A stretch of DNA of 64,000 bases, from contig OZ024749.1 of NCBI GenBank assembly GCA_964016885.1, forward strand, positions 3,658,001-3,722,000, given 5' to 3'. Below the pieces are notes generated by a model, which saw only the letters and a list, made by a program, of their open reading frames with translations, did no database searches and had not been told where the DNA came from. The position numbers and the translations under genes were made by a program. Shown here piece after piece: positions 15,264 through 29,798 of this stretch (positions are counted from its first letter, which is position 1; every line of letters begins with the position of its first letter). This stretch comes from Eledone cirrhosa. Its lineage: Eukaryota.

Positions 15264-16708
15264 CATATATATAGAAATGTTGAGAGGAGTTACATATAGG
15301 GATAGATAGATTGGTAGATTTGTTTATATGCATTGCGTGACACGTTTGGATAAATTCATCGCGATATTAATATATTTGGACGCATTTCAGTCATTAATAT
15401 GAATGGAAAAATATCTAAATATATTTTCAACAAATATAGTTGATTTCACATTTTCATTTCAGGTAAAATTAAATAGTAAAACCCCCAATGGACTTCCATG
15501 CCCAATGAAATAGCTGTAGTGGGAATGTTTGAAATAGCTTATTTAATGTTAAATGCGAATAGATGAATGTTTATGAAAAACCCTTCACAAAACCTACACT
15601 TGCTGAACTGCCAATTAATCGATGACAACTATAACAACAACAACGAGGACGACGATGGCGATGATGACTTTAAAGACAACAACAACAACATATTCGATGA
15701 CAACAGTAGTGATGAAAATAAAGATAAGAAGAATGACGAGGAAGTCGACAACTGTGGTGACCATTATAACGACAATAACAACAACACTAACAACGACAAC
15801 GACGCCAACGAGCAGAACAACACGAAGCCATTTCAATTCTGATTTAACGCAGAGTATTGAAAGGAATTAATTCGTCAATATTTATTCCAAATTACGTTTT
15901 ACATTAATTTTATTTTTATTTTTGTTTCATTCGTTAAATCTATCTTTTCAATTATATTAATATATAACTGAACATATATATTTGAGTACATTACCCACGT
16001 GGGGTTTCCTGTTCCTGGTGCACTGCATAGTCGATCATTTAGTAGTAGTAGTAGTAATAGTAGCACCACCACCACCCGTAGTAGTGGTAGTGCTTGTACT
16101 TTGGCTCGGTTTTGTCATTGGTGCTGGCTGAGTTATGTTTTTTTTTTTCATTTTTTTATGTTGTTGGAGTAGTTGCTGCTGCTGCGATTGTTGTTGTTGC
16201 TGCTATTAATGTGGTCATATGAAGAATATGTCATGATCCATTCTCTGGGAGCTTGACCTGTAGATACATAGAGACCTTAATAGACCTGTCACCTCTCCCC
16301 ATTCGACGGCGAGATCTCCCACCCACTTTGGAGTGGTTAAGAGATGTCTTCTCTTGTGAAAATGGTTATAGCTTTCATAATGTAATATCTCCTCATTCTC
16401 ACTCATGTTTCCCCGTTTGGGTTCTTAGAGGTTGTTGCAGCTTTTGAGCACACACAAATCTATCTCTGATGGGCGGGGAAGCTGTGTATGTGTCTCTGTG
16501 TGTGTGATGTCTGCGAGTGTGTGTGTGTATGTGTACGTGTGTGTGTGTATGTGGGTGTATGTATGTGTGTGTTTGTGTGTGTGCGTGTGTATGTGTGTGT
16601 GTGCGTGTGTATGTATGTGTGTATGGGGGGCATCTGTGTGTGTGTGTGTTTGTGTGTGTGTGTTTGTGTGTGTATGTGCGTGTGTGTGTGTATGTGCGTG
16701 TATGGGTG

Positions 16709-16782
<74 letters not shown>

Positions 16783-17107
16783 GGTTTTTCCGTCGCTTCA
16801 GCCAAAGAGCATTCTACAAGCACGTGTATTGTTTATGTAGAATTCAAGGATATTCAGCTCGATACCATGTATGACAAAGGTTGCCCAGAGCAACCTGAAA
16901 CAAATTCTCCTGCTCAAGAATACATAGCACTATTTATTATCGGACTGACACCCTTGCGACTCTCTAGCGAACACCCTAACCACTAAGCCTGGTGCCTCGA
17001 AGCACTGCTGTTGTTGCTGTTGCATTAGTATTAGCTATTTGTGTTGGAACTGTCAAATAGCAATGTATATATGAACGTACGTATCGTATATTTAATATGT
17101 ATATTTT

Positions 17108-17448
17108 ATTTAATATGTATATTTAATATGTATATTTAATATGTATTCTATGTTTATTTTAAAACATTTTGAAAGCCTTTCGCTATGAATTTAAGGTAGT
17201 GACTGCATGTTAATGAGTTTAATCAGCTCATAAACCTAATTGGTATTCTATAGGGACCCAGCTTCTACAGCTCACAGCAAATCCTGAGGCTATATCACTT
17301 TGAAAACCACTAAACAGCAATAAACGTTGTTCCACTTTATTTTTGCTGAGGCTGAGTATGTGACTATATCACAATCTCAAATTCATAGCGAAAGCCCTTC
17401 AAAAGGATTTTAAATAAACATACAGTATATTATTAAATATACATGTAT
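17108..17448. mobile_element. MITE-like element with ~60-80-bp imperfect terminal inverted repeats
   Basis: tatgtttattttaaaacattttgaaagcctttcgctatgaattt pairs with aaattcatagcgaaagcccttcaaaaggattttaaataaacata. Confidence 0.65.
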
Positions 17449-17486
17449 TAGTATTATTGGTGATCGTATTAATATTAGTAATGTTT

Positions 17487-17630
<144 letters not shown>

Positions 17631-17659
17631 ACAACATAGCTCCAAATCTAATGATATCT

Positions 17660-18062
17660 TACTTATGCACAAGGTGAGTAATTTCCAATGCGGGAACATT
17701 CGATTATTTTGAGCCCAGTACTTAACTGGGATTTGATTTTATCGACCTCGGAAGAATGAAAGACAATTTTGACTTCGATGTGAACTCAAGACATAAAGAC
17801 GAAGAACAAATACTGCCAAGCATTTCCCCGACACTCTACAGCTTCTGTCAATCCTAAGGGATAAATATTATCCCTTTTTATTTAGGTAAAAAGGCCAACT
17901 ATTGTTGGGGAAGGAGCAATCCATTAAATCGACATAGTGCGTTACTAGTACTTTATATTATCGACCCCTTAAGGACGAAAGGCAAAGCAAACCTTCACGG
18001 GATATGAAATCAGAACCTATAGCGCGAGGCATTTTTCCCGTCATACTTAACGATCTGTCAAT
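17660..18062 (-). mobile_element. Two diverged SINE copies
   Basis: ttttatcgacctcggaagaatgaaagac and ttatcgaccccttaaggacgaaaggcaaag. Confidence 0.7.
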
Positions 18063-19223
18063 TCATAGCAATACATAGAATAAGACTTTGTATTTCTTTA
18101 CAAAAGCAAACGCTCTATATATATATACTGTTTGTTGTGTAATACAATTTCTTAAACCTGTTTAATCCATGCGAGGTACCTATTTATCAACTGTGAAATG
18201 CTAAAGAAAGAAAACATTCATAGTGGCTATTCATTTCTTTGTAGTTGATGAAGAAAGAAGAAAAAAGTGAACGAAACCTCCATTAGAAAGAATTTATTGG
18301 TACTGAATTAATAGGAACCGATTCATTTCTTTGTCGCATCCATCTATGGGACGATAAAAATAATTGGTATGTGTGTTGATCTTTTACTTGACATGTGCCC
18401 TTTCCTATAAATATAAAGTGTATTTCTTTGTAATGCGATAGATCATTATAATAATGCATTGGGAATCAGCGGAGTGCCGGAAGTAACAGGAAAACATTCG
18501 AGGAGAATAAATAGACATCATGCAATTTACGAGTAGATACGTAGAAATACATATTTGCTTTACTTTGCTTTTCTTTCTTGCTTCTTAGGGCAATATTTTA
18601 ACAATAGCGTTGTTAGAGGTTTCCGAAAAACCAATCAGTGAATGAATGTGATTCAAAAGGCTTGAGAGAAGCGGGAGTGCCTGTAACTCGGTATAAACGT
18701 GCTTGACGCAAATACACCCAGTTTCTTTATCGATGTTTACATACTAAGCTGAAATAAATTTCGCCTATACCCTCAATTATATACACATGTATGAATGACA
18801 CACTCATATATACACATATATGTATGACACCCTCTCTTATAGATGCATCACATCCTCATATAGACATATATGTATGACATCTTCATATATAGACATACAT
18901 GTATGGATATAAGCACATATAAATATATAGTTGTGTGTTTGAGTGTTTCTATGTGTGTGTGTGATTTAGTATGTGTGTTTGAGAGAGATTATGTATGTGT
19001 GTGTGTAAGAGATTCTGTAAGTGCGTGTATGTGTTTGTGTGTGTCTGTGATTCTGTATTCCACGGGAACAAACACAGTTCCATAAATCAAACAATTCCAG
19101 TCATTATACATAATGTGATCCAGAGTAGATGCGGCTGATTAACTACGTGACTTGTGCAGCTGCATTGGCCACTGAGCATCTTATCAACGCAATCTTGCTT
19201 GCTGCACATTCCCATTTAGATCA

Positions 19224-19290
<67 letters not shown>

Positions 19291-19327
19291 ATGAAAATGT
19301 ACTTAAACACCATTGTACCTTTGAGAT

Positions 19328-20200
19328 ATCTGTATATATATAAAATTAAGTATGCGTGTGTGTGTGTGTGTCTGTGTTTCAGTGTATTACCTATTGGGGT
19401 ATACATTTTACGACCGATTTTCATGAAACTTTAGAGGCTCATAGATTAGTCATCGGGGAGTGTTTTCCATGTATCAGCGAATCGTTTTTCTTTTTTATTC
19501 CGGGGTCATTCTGCAAATAGAAATCGATAGGGGTCACCCTTTTTATGTATCGAAAATTAAGATGTTTGGCTCTAGCTCCCACATTTTGCCACCGATTTCG
19601 TTCAAATTTTAAAGCAAAATAGAATTGATTATTCCACATCCTGTAATCTCTTTATATTTTGGATCTGTTTTCAGGGACGGCGTGGCGGCCGCTTAAATAT
19701 TCAAAAATACCACTTCTAGACTCAAATTTCCATATTTTCGGCTCTAGCTCCCACACTAATCAACCTACTTTGTTCAAATTTTATACTACGCTAGATCTGA
19801 TTAGTTCACGTCTTAAAGTTGCTTTACATTTTGGATATTTTGTAGAGGAACGGCGTGGCAGCAGCTTAAATATTCGAAAATACCACCTTTTCGCTGAAAT
19901 TCCCGCTTTTCGACTCTAGCTCCCACATTTTTCAACCGATTTCGTACAAATTCGAAACTTTCGGCGCCACGTCACACATAATTCAATTTATTTGGTCCAA
20001 ATTTTATAGTACGATAGAACCTTTCATTGCACATCTTATAGTAGCTTTACACTTTGTATTTTTTGTTCAGGGACGGCATTGCAGCCGTTTAACTCTTCAA
20101 AATACGATGTTTTCCTCCTGCCACATATTCCATACGATTTCACTCAACATTTCACCATTTGCTAGAGCTTACGACCGATTTTCAAAAAACTCGCAGTTGG
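19328..20200 (+). mobile_element. Probable non-autonomous Helitron-like element with internal ~172-bp tandem array
   Basis: Starts a|tctgtatatatataaaat followed by (GT)n and accgattttcatgaaactt. The motif ctctagctcccaca recurs at 19570, 19742 and 19914. The 3' end was not identified. Confidence 0.5.
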
Positions 20201-20324
20201 GCTTCTCAAGGGCATAAATAATCAAAAGTGTTCCTTACATTGCTCGGAAAGAGTTGTGGGGGTTAAATCCACGTCAAGGTTCATTGCTCGCAAAAATAGC
20301 TTGTTTTGATTTTGAAGCAGGACA

Positions 20325-20800
20325 TATATACATGTACGTCTGTATACATATATGGATGTACGTGTACAAACTTATATTTCAGTAACAGCCGTACTAAGAG
20401 TGGGAAAGGAAATTTCGTTTCATTTTTTCCGTTTATCGTTTTCGGTGCACTCGGCCGATTAACCCACTCGATATGCAAATTGGGCTACTCAGCCATTAAT
20501 ATGCATAAGGTAAGTATATACGTTCAACAATCTGGCAGTGAGGTATACGTTACTGACGATAGCTAATACGCTTGAAACTAGTACAGCGTTCTTTTGTCAG
20601 TGTTGATCAAACGAGCAACGATGGTTGCTGGACACTACGGGTTAATACGGGATGTGTGTTTACAAACACACTGAGCTTTGTAATAGATGTTCGGTGAATC
20701 CATACGTACATATATATATATGTGTGCATGTATGTATATATATATACATACTACTGTACGTCTGTATACATATTTGTATGTACATGTACATACTTATACA
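20325..20800 (+). mobile_element. Non-autonomous pLTR/retrozyme-like unit (~420-440 bp, ~1.1 copies)
   Basis: Terminal direct redundancy (tgtacgtctgtatacata at 20334 and 20755), an AG|GTAAGT donor at ~20508-20515 and a hammerhead. An inverted homologue lies at 29799-30428. Confidence 0.7.
20547..20589 (+). ncRNA. Minimal type I hammerhead ribozyme
   Basis: acgtta-CTGACGA-t-agc(taatac)gct-t-GAAAC-TAG-TA^cagcgt. Stem III is the palindrome ACTAGT, and the closing pair of stem I is mismatched. Confidence 0.75.
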
Positions 20801-20803
20801 CAC

Positions 20804-20834
<31 letters not shown>

Positions 20835-20856
20835 CCTATATATATATATATATATG

Positions 20857-21012
<156 letters not shown>

Positions 21013-21059
21013 TATATATATATACATATACATATATTCATATATTATACATATTATAC

Positions 21060-21097
<38 letters not shown>

Positions 21098-22500
21098 TCT
21101 ACTTTCACTCTCTCTCTCTAACTCTCTCCCTCACTCTACACACACAGACACACACCCCCACACAGATAGATAGATACGCATGTGTGTTTATATGTATGTA
21201 TACATGTCTGTATCTTTGCGTGTCTGAGTATTTGTGCGTGCGTGAGTGTGTGCGTAGCTGCATATAAATTGAATATACTGCGGCACGCCACATAATTGGG
21301 AGGCTAATCAACGTATGATATACATATAGTATGAAAGATTGCTAACTGAAATATATGCTATCACAGTGTTGCAGATATAATTCAGAATTAATATTGAAAT
21401 ATTTCGTTTCGCCGATCAAACATATTTTCACAGATCAGTAGCCAATTGAGCCAGTGAAGTGAATTAGAGAATTAGATCTATGTTCAAGTAAAGTAGATTA
21501 GTCTATTACAATTAGTTATCCAATATATTCTTAGTAATAACTGGAAATTATCTATTCCAAATGTCCTACGACACACTGCAAAATATTCTAGTGCTTTCTA
21601 TTTATCTATCTATTTATTTACTTACTTATATATTTATTCATTTAATCTATCATTACGTCTATTTCTTGCAGGTACGCCATTGCAGTCAGGGAAATCCATC
21701 TGATGCTCTTAATAATTAAAAGAAAAATACAAAAATAAGTGTGAGAGAGTAAAGGAAAGAGGGAGAGAGAGAGGGGGTGAGTTATAGAGAGAGAGAGAGA
21801 GTGACAAAGTGGGAAATGAGGCAAATGAGGTACAAAAAGAAAAAAAAAAGGAAAATGTAGGGTAGTTTTAAAACAGGTAACTATTTCTTTTGTTGATATT
21901 TTTCATAACATTCCAGTTATTTCAAAAATATAAATTTTATTGGTAAATTCTTAACGAATATATTTAAAATAGCTCATCTTTCGCTTTGGTAGCTTTGGAA
22001 CAAATAATCCCATATAGTTTCTGCTTAGTCTACAGCAACATTTCCAAAAGACTTTTCAATACACATCCCAGTAAGCTGTATTAGGACATTTTTTATGTAG
22101 TATAATCGTATGGTTATGGATTTCGAGGCCTCTTTGGGTAAATGTCACTTAACAGAGCATCTGATCAACACCAGACACACGAATGAAATTTGAAAGACGA
22201 GAATTGTTTAGTCAAGTTATTAACTATTGTAAATAAACTTCCTTAAATCTCCAATTGGATTTTCAACTTCTTTTCCAATGTTTCTACCCGTGTTGGATAT
22301 ATTATTTTCGAATATATAATATATATGTTTAACTCAACAAGATGAATCCCTAGTTAGGCAGAGAGTTCGCGGTAATTCCTATGCAGGTTATACTTGGAGT
22401 AATAATAGTAAAAGAATGAAGAAGTAACATGGATTGGTGTACAGCCAACCATGTTACTCTTCATTCTTTCATTATATATATATATTATATTAATATATTA

Positions 22501-22648
22501 GCGGTGGATTGGCAGTATCGGTAGGGGGTCGGACGCTATGTTTTCCAGCATAGTTACCTCACCTTACGATCTGAGTTCAAATCACGCCGAGGTTGACTTT
22601 GTCTTTCATCCTTACGGGGTCGATAAAATAAAGTACCAGTAATGCACC
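22501..22648 (+). mobile_element. SINE copy
   Basis: Full head and core. Confidence 0.88.
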
Positions 22649-22766
22649 AGAAGCTATTATATATATATACAGTATATATAGTAATAATAATAAAGTTGAA
22701 GACTAAAATCCAAAGAGGGCTCGATAAGGAAAATATATATCAAATATATAAGAACCGAAGAGCAAA

Positions 22767-23190
22767 TATTTATTAAAATAACAGATTAAAGTTTAAGCAA
22801 AGAATCGCTGCTTTCACCCTTAACGGGATCTTCTGAAACTAACAAGGTCAATCTGTAAACGCAGAACTGGATATTTCAAAAAACGTTGCAACCGGAGGAA
22901 GACAGGAAGACGATATGTCTTCCTGCTTGGTACGGGTATGTTGGCTCCTTCGGTTGAGCACTCTACTGGCTTATATTCATCATGCAGAAACAACATCTGA
23001 ATATTTCTACAAAGAACATACCCGTACCAAGCAGGAAGACATATCGTCTTCCTGTCTTCCTCCGGTTGCAACGTTTTTTGAAATATCCAGTTCTGCGTTT
23101 ACAGATTGACCTTGTTAGTTTCAGAAGATCCCGTTAAGGGTGAAAGCAGCGATTCTTTGCTTAAACTTTAATCTGTTATTTTAATAAATA
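22767..23190. repeat. Long inverted repeat (176-bp arms, 72-bp spacer), pLTR-like, in (TA)n
   Basis: 22767-22942 is the reverse complement of 23015-23190. The left arm is extended by a tail at 22681-22766. Family fragments lie at 25757-25957, 54037-54120 and 55011-55202. Confidence 0.92.
23117..23167 (+). ncRNA. Variant hammerhead (CAGAAGA core); mirror copy on - strand at 22790-22840
   Basis: agttt-CAGAAGA-t-ccc(gttaa)ggg-t-GAAA-gca(gcgattctt)tgc-TT^aaact. Three stems pair. Confidence 0.65.
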
Positions 23191-23192
23191 CA

Positions 23193-23232
<40 letters not shown>

Positions 23233-23267
23233 TATATATATATTATACATATATATATGTATAAGGA

Positions 23268-23596
23268 CGTCGATAAAATAAAGCGTCAGTAATACAATGG
23301 GGTAATTGCTGGCCTTGTACCAAATGTGGAAGCAATTATTATGTCGACCTCAGTTCAAATCTCGCCGAGGTTAACTTTGCCTTTCATCCTTACCGGATCG
23401 ATAAAATAAAGTACCAGTAATGCACTGGGATAATTGCTGGCCTTGTGCAAAAAGTAGAAACAATTATTACGTCGATCTGAGTTCAAATCCCGCCGAGATT
23501 AACTTTGCTTTTCATTCTTACAGGGTCAATAAAATAAAGTACCAGCATACACTGGTTTATGTGCTGGTCTTGTGCCAAAAGCAGAAACAATTATTA
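23268..23596 (+). mobile_element. Tandem array of head-less SINE 3' portions (~126-bp period)
   Basis: agttcaaatc...gtaccag...aacaattatt is repeated about 2.6 times. Confidence 0.8.
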
Positions 23597-24080
23597 TCTC
23601 GAATATCTCATTCTTCACACAGTAGAATACACAAAATGTGACAGTTTGCGGCAAGTACTAAGATGGCTGTTGCTTCTAAAATGTTACTAGAAAGTACAAG
23701 CCGCCAGATTAGAACACGCAGCGCAAGAAACCACGACAGTTAGCTGAATGCACCTATTCTAACCGTAGCTCTATTGTTTATGCCACATAGATCGAGCAAA
23801 TATAATATTAGTAAATAAATAAATATTAATGGAATAGATAGATAAACATGATTGTCAAAAAATGTCGAGAACAGTAGAGAAACGTTAAAATTAATAGGTT
23901 GTGTTGGTTTAACAGAGATTTATCATGGCGTAGTACTGTGACAAATCTAGCTCACACAATGAAACTGTACACAAGCATACAGACACAGACACACACACAC
24001 ACACACACCCACACACACACATATATATATCAAATTTATTATTATTACTATATATATATATATATATATATATACATACG

Positions 24081-24129
<49 letters not shown>

Positions 24130-24168
24130 GTACAGAAACAGAGAGAGAAAGAGAGAGAGAGAGAGAGT

Positions 24169-24248
<80 letters not shown>

Positions 24249-24559
24249 GAGAGAAAGAGAAGAGGGCACAGGCAGAGAAAATCGACAGGGTGCCAAGTAG
24301 ATAGAGCAAAATAAGCATTGATTCCCAGTTTCCAATTCTGTGTTCGGTAAAATATATAATTTCCTGTATATATTTATGTGCACGCACGCACAAGCATGTA
24401 TATAATATATAATACATTTCCAAATTTCCAAATATACAAACGTTATGTATATATGGGTGCGTGTGCGTTTTTATCCATATATGTATCAATTTGTGTGTGT
24501 GTGAGTGTGGTATGTGCGTGCAACGGTGTGTGTGTGTTGTGCGTGTGTGTATTTTTATA

Positions 24560-24615
<56 letters not shown>

Positions 24616-25104
24616 TGTGTGTGTGTGTGTATGTGTGTGTGTGTGTATGTGTGTGTGTGTGTGTGTAAAGGTACATTGAATCTCACATAAACATTTCTCA
24701 CCTCGTTGAATTAATTTATGGGTTTTAAAGAAAACTACAGAAAATAGAGTTGAAGATGTGTTATGAAACAAAGAATATTTATATATATATATATATGTGT
24801 GTGTGTGTATGTGTGTGTGCGTGTCTGTGTAGATATATATGCATGTTTATATATGTACACACCCACACACACACACACACATGTATATATATATATATAT
24901 ATAATGATATATTGATATATGTATAATGAGCAATTTGAATGTTTATATGTCACATGATTTTGACGAAAGAGATTTTCTACATTCCAGTGTGTATATAGTT
25001 TATTGCTTATTAACTTTAGCCGTAAACACACGATGGCGCGCACACACACACATATACATATATACGTATATATATATATATATACATACGTGTATATATA
25101 CATA

Positions 25105-25154
<50 letters not shown>

Positions 25155-25502
25155 AACCCACACACACATATATATATGTATATATAAATATATATATATA
25201 TGTATATCTATATCTATATCTATATGTGTGTATGAGTGTGTGTATGTGTGTGTGTGTAACTTTACATTTGGTAAATTATTGGATGCGATGTAGTTAAGGA
25301 GATTAGTATCTGTAATTTAAAGTCGTTTATAATTTTGAAGTAGTTTCGTGCCAATGTTATAAAAATGAATCCATGTACACAGACACATATACAATCCCTG
25401 GCGTGCCTATGTCCACCTATTTACATGTGTGCTTTAAAATATTTTACGTCACTCTCTCTGTATTTTTGATATACATCTCCAAATGTGTACGCATATATAT
25501 AT

Positions 25503-25618
<116 letters not shown>

Positions 25619-25960
25619 AATAAATTAAAAGATGGTTAAAAGAGATCCATATATTTAATTATTTATTGTTCTACAATATTGCTCACCTTCTACATGTTTA
25701 TATATATATATGTATATATATATATATACATATATATATATAAATATATATATATAGTAATAATAATATATTTGAAGACTAAAATCCAAAGAGGGCTCGA
25801 TAAGGATAAATATATATAACATATATAAGAACCGTAGAACAAATATTTATTAAAATAACAGATTAAATTTAAGCAAAGGATCGCTGTTAGTTTCAGACGA
25901 TCCCGTTAAGGGTGAAAGCACCGCTTCCTTTCTTAAACTTTAATCTGTTATTTTAATATA

Positions 25961-25997
<37 letters not shown>

Positions 25998-26802
25998 TGG
26001 TGCTTCTGTATGTTGGTGAAGATATGGATAAAACCGAAAACAGAGTGCAACATTATCATCAACTTAGAATTGCTGTTCCTTTAACGTTTAAACAATTCCC
26101 CCAAATGAAAGTAAACGGCGCATAGCAAACATGATGAATAGCATTAATAGATGGACATCTTCTACACGAAATGGATTGGGGAAAACAGTAAAGAACAGAG
26201 AAAAATAACATAATAATATCCCGCTATAATTCGTCTCCATTTATTCTTCTATATTATCAGACAGCATGTATTTTATTACAAATAATCAAAGACAAAAAAA
26301 TTTGTTGCATTAAGAAATGTCGAAAGATGGCGATTTTGAGTAAAATCGTAAATCATAATTCAGAAACTCAATGCAAATAATGTAGTTAAACATAGAATCC
26401 TAAACGGTTTGGTTTTCTTTGAATGCTATTTTTTTAAATAAGACATTTCTACATTTGGATGAGAAATGGAAAGAGCGCTTAATTTTAATTTTATAGCTTT
26501 TATATATAAATAATAAATAATATATAATATAGAGTATATGTATCTACATTACCATAACGATCTGTCTTCGACTTATTTTCTTTCTGTGCTTCTCCTCAAC
26601 CCCCTACCATTCTGTTTCTCTCACACTATCTTTCTTTTTTTAGATATGTATACATACACACTCACACACACACACACTTATATATATATATATATACAAC
26701 GATACAGATTATTATATACATATCTACATGTATGCACATGCATATATATATAAATATATATAAATATATATATATGCATGTGTCTATATATTTATATATG
26801 TA

Positions 26803-26850
<48 letters not shown>

Positions 26851-26914
26851 TAAAATAAAATAACAGGAGGATGGACTGGTGTAAATCCTTGAAAGGTTTA
26901 TTATACTATTATCA

Positions 26915-26964
26915 TTTCAATGACCGGGTTCCATATGGATCCGGTGAATCATCAGGTATTGGAA
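26915..26964 (-). ncRNA. Degenerate minimal hammerhead
   Basis: Reverse complement reads caatac-CTGATGA-ttcaccggatccatatg-GAAC-CCGG-TC-attg. The element (26848-27188) lies between (TA)n tracts. Confidence 0.45.
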
Positions 26965-27187
26965 TATAACAAAGGAATATGTAAAAAGACATGGGTCCGA
27001 AAAATCAGAGACATAGACAGAGAGGACGACTGACCAACTAGCTACTCGGCCAGTCCGTATTTGCACCACAAACTACACCCACGAAGATGGGTGTACAGCA
27101 CTGCGTTGAGTACTCTTCACAATATTACACCAGGATTGACCATACGGAATGACCAGTTCTATCCAGTGGTGAACCAACAAACCTAAA

Positions 27188-27258
<71 letters not shown>

Positions 27259-27812
27259 CATATATATATACACGCACACACACATCTATTTGTGTATATA
27301 TAAACAACACATGCACATAAATACGAACTACAACACAAACATACTTAAATGAAAATCACATAACGAACTCTATCATGTGCTTTACATTACACCTTACATA
27401 AAAATACATACATTATCACCACACGCCTCTCCAACAAATTGCACACTATCTTAAACATTTATAACAATTATAACACGCGTTAACACCCCACACAAAATAT
27501 GTTTATTTCAACTGCATTATAACTCTTTCCTCACACATGCATTATTGACTGTATTGACTCCTGCATTGTACACCAATTGTCCTGGCTTATAACTTCTTTC
27601 CCTGTGTTTTTACTTGTGATTTTTTGCTTGTGCTTTTTACTTTTACTTATACCTATTTCACTTCCAACAGGTGCTGCCTGTCATTGTATTATTTCAATCG
27701 GGACATATTTGTAACTCCTGACGCACCACATGATGCATTTGACACTAATAACAACTATGTTCCCTAAATGTTCTAAATGACTAGGATTCTAGTTACACGT
27801 TTTCGACATTCT

Positions 27813-27866
27813 TTATGCTCCGATGAATCCAGACTTTCCTCGGGAAGAAACAATTGTCAGCTAATA
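27813..27866 (+). ncRNA. Minimal hammerhead (CCGAUGA variant)
   Basis: gct-CCGATGA-a-tcc(agactttcctcg)gga-a-GAAAC-AATT-GTC^agc. Stem III is the palindrome ACAATTGT, and a (TA)n tract starts about 40 bp downstream. Confidence 0.72.
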
Positions 27867-27902
27867 AATGTTCTAAACCAAAATTTGCTCATATTAACAC
27901 TT

Positions 27903-27989
<87 letters not shown>

Positions 27990-28039
27990 AGAGATAGTGA
28001 GAGAAAGTGAGAGAGAGAGATAGGTAGATATTAATTCAA

Positions 28040-28302
28040 CATGGAAAATGATAACAACAAAGTCAAATTATTTTACCTATTCATATCATTGTTTTACTAT
28101 TGTTTCGGAGCGTTGATCATATTGATATATTGACTGATCTATGGCAGCTATATAACTGTATACAAAGCAGTCTGATAACATACAGTTATATAACTGCTAT
28201 ATATCTGTCAATATCTCACTATGCTGCCCCCCTCCGAAACGATTGCAAAACAATGATATGCATAGGTAAAATAACTTGAATTTGGGGTTATTATTTTCAT
28301 TG
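28040..28302. repeat. Diverged ~260-bp inverted repeat
   Basis: ttattttacctattcatatcattgttttactattgtttcggag pairs with ctccgaaacgattgcaaaacaatgatatgcataggtaaaataa. Inner arms tatataactgtat / atacagttatata. Confidence 0.8.
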
Positions 28303-28304
28303 TT

Positions 28305-28480
28305 GGCGGTGGATTGGCATTATCGATAGAGGGTTGACGCCATGCATTGCAGCAAAGAGTTAGTGCCCTTTATGATATGTGTTCAAATCACGCCTTTCAT
28401 CCTTACGGGGTCGATGAAATAAAGTACCAGTAATACACTGTGTAATTGCTGGCTTTGAGCCAAAAGCAGAAACAATTATT
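28305..28480 (+). mobile_element. SINE copy
   Basis: Consensus match with a small internal deletion. Confidence 0.85.
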
Positions 28481-29069
28481 TTCATTGTTGTATTAATATC
28501 TAATATCAGACTCTGTATCCAAGGAATTAACTCCCGTGGAAAAGGGAATCTTCTATGGTTTTCACTCGATTACCCGCCATCATTTTTACATTGAGTTATA
28601 TCTATGGTACAGACCCTACCACAAAGGGCAGACCAGCATGAAAAAATATATATATACATACATACTTATATATATATATATACACTATATGTGTGTGTGT
28701 GTATGTATGTATGCGTGTGTGTGGGGGAGGGGTATGCCTGTGCGTGTATGTGGGGAGGGTATGTGTGTGTGTGTGTTTGATTGTCTGTTTGTTGAAGCGG
28801 GCTATTGTTTGACGCATAACATATTTTAAACGCAAAGAAAGCAAATATGGCCGAAATATTGTCTGTAATAGGAAAATGTTGCCCCGTAAATAGATGAACC
28901 ACTGACCGACATTTATAATCATAGATAATAAACATCTAAAGGCTGTGATTTTGGCAGAGTTGTTATTACGTCTGATACAATAGTCCCTGATATATATCCT
29001 GGGTTGCTGTTCTCTGATTTCAAATCTACTTAAGATGGAGGATTGGCAGAGTTGTTACTAAGTCAAATA

Positions 29070-29253
29070 TAATTGTGTCTACGTAGGCACAAGGCCAGCA
29101 ATTACCCAGTGCATTACTGGTACTTTATTTTATTGACCCCGTAAGGATGAAAGGCAAAGTTAACCTTGGCGGCATTTGAACTCTGAATGGCAAGAGCTGT
29201 AACTCTATGCGTCAAAGCATGGCGTCCGACCCTCTACCAATACTGCCAATCCA
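29070..29253 (-). mobile_element. SINE copy
   Basis: Reverse-complement consensus. Confidence 0.88.
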
Positions 29254-29481
29254 AATATAACATATCCTTGTAATATATCTGGGTTCTCTTCTCGGTGAGT
29301 TGAAATCTGCCTCAGGTCAATTTGACTAGGAATGATTTCGAGTTCCACAAATATTGCATCAATCCAGAGTAGAAGTCGATTCTCCTTCTGTACATATGTA
29401 TCCCTTTCCATTCTTTTCCTTTTATATCTCTATCTTTCTCTCACATAAATTCTATGTTTATACCTAGGGAGGGACGGTCAG

Positions 29482-29533
<52 letters not shown>

Positions 29534-29586
29534 ATGTGTGTTACGTAATTCCGAAGGCAAAGCAAAGGAAAAAAGAGTGCTCTATG

Positions 29587-29777
<191 letters not shown>

Positions 29778-29798
29778 ACTGTTAAGTTATTAAACGTC

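Noticed and set aside
22411-22469. 59-bp hairpin resembling a pre-miRNA
   Set aside because: No recognisable miRNA, and hairpins from repeats are abundant here; it needs small-RNA data.
22820-23109. Opposed ORFs of 83 and 64 aa
   Set aside because: They arise from the inverted repeat and show no protein motifs.
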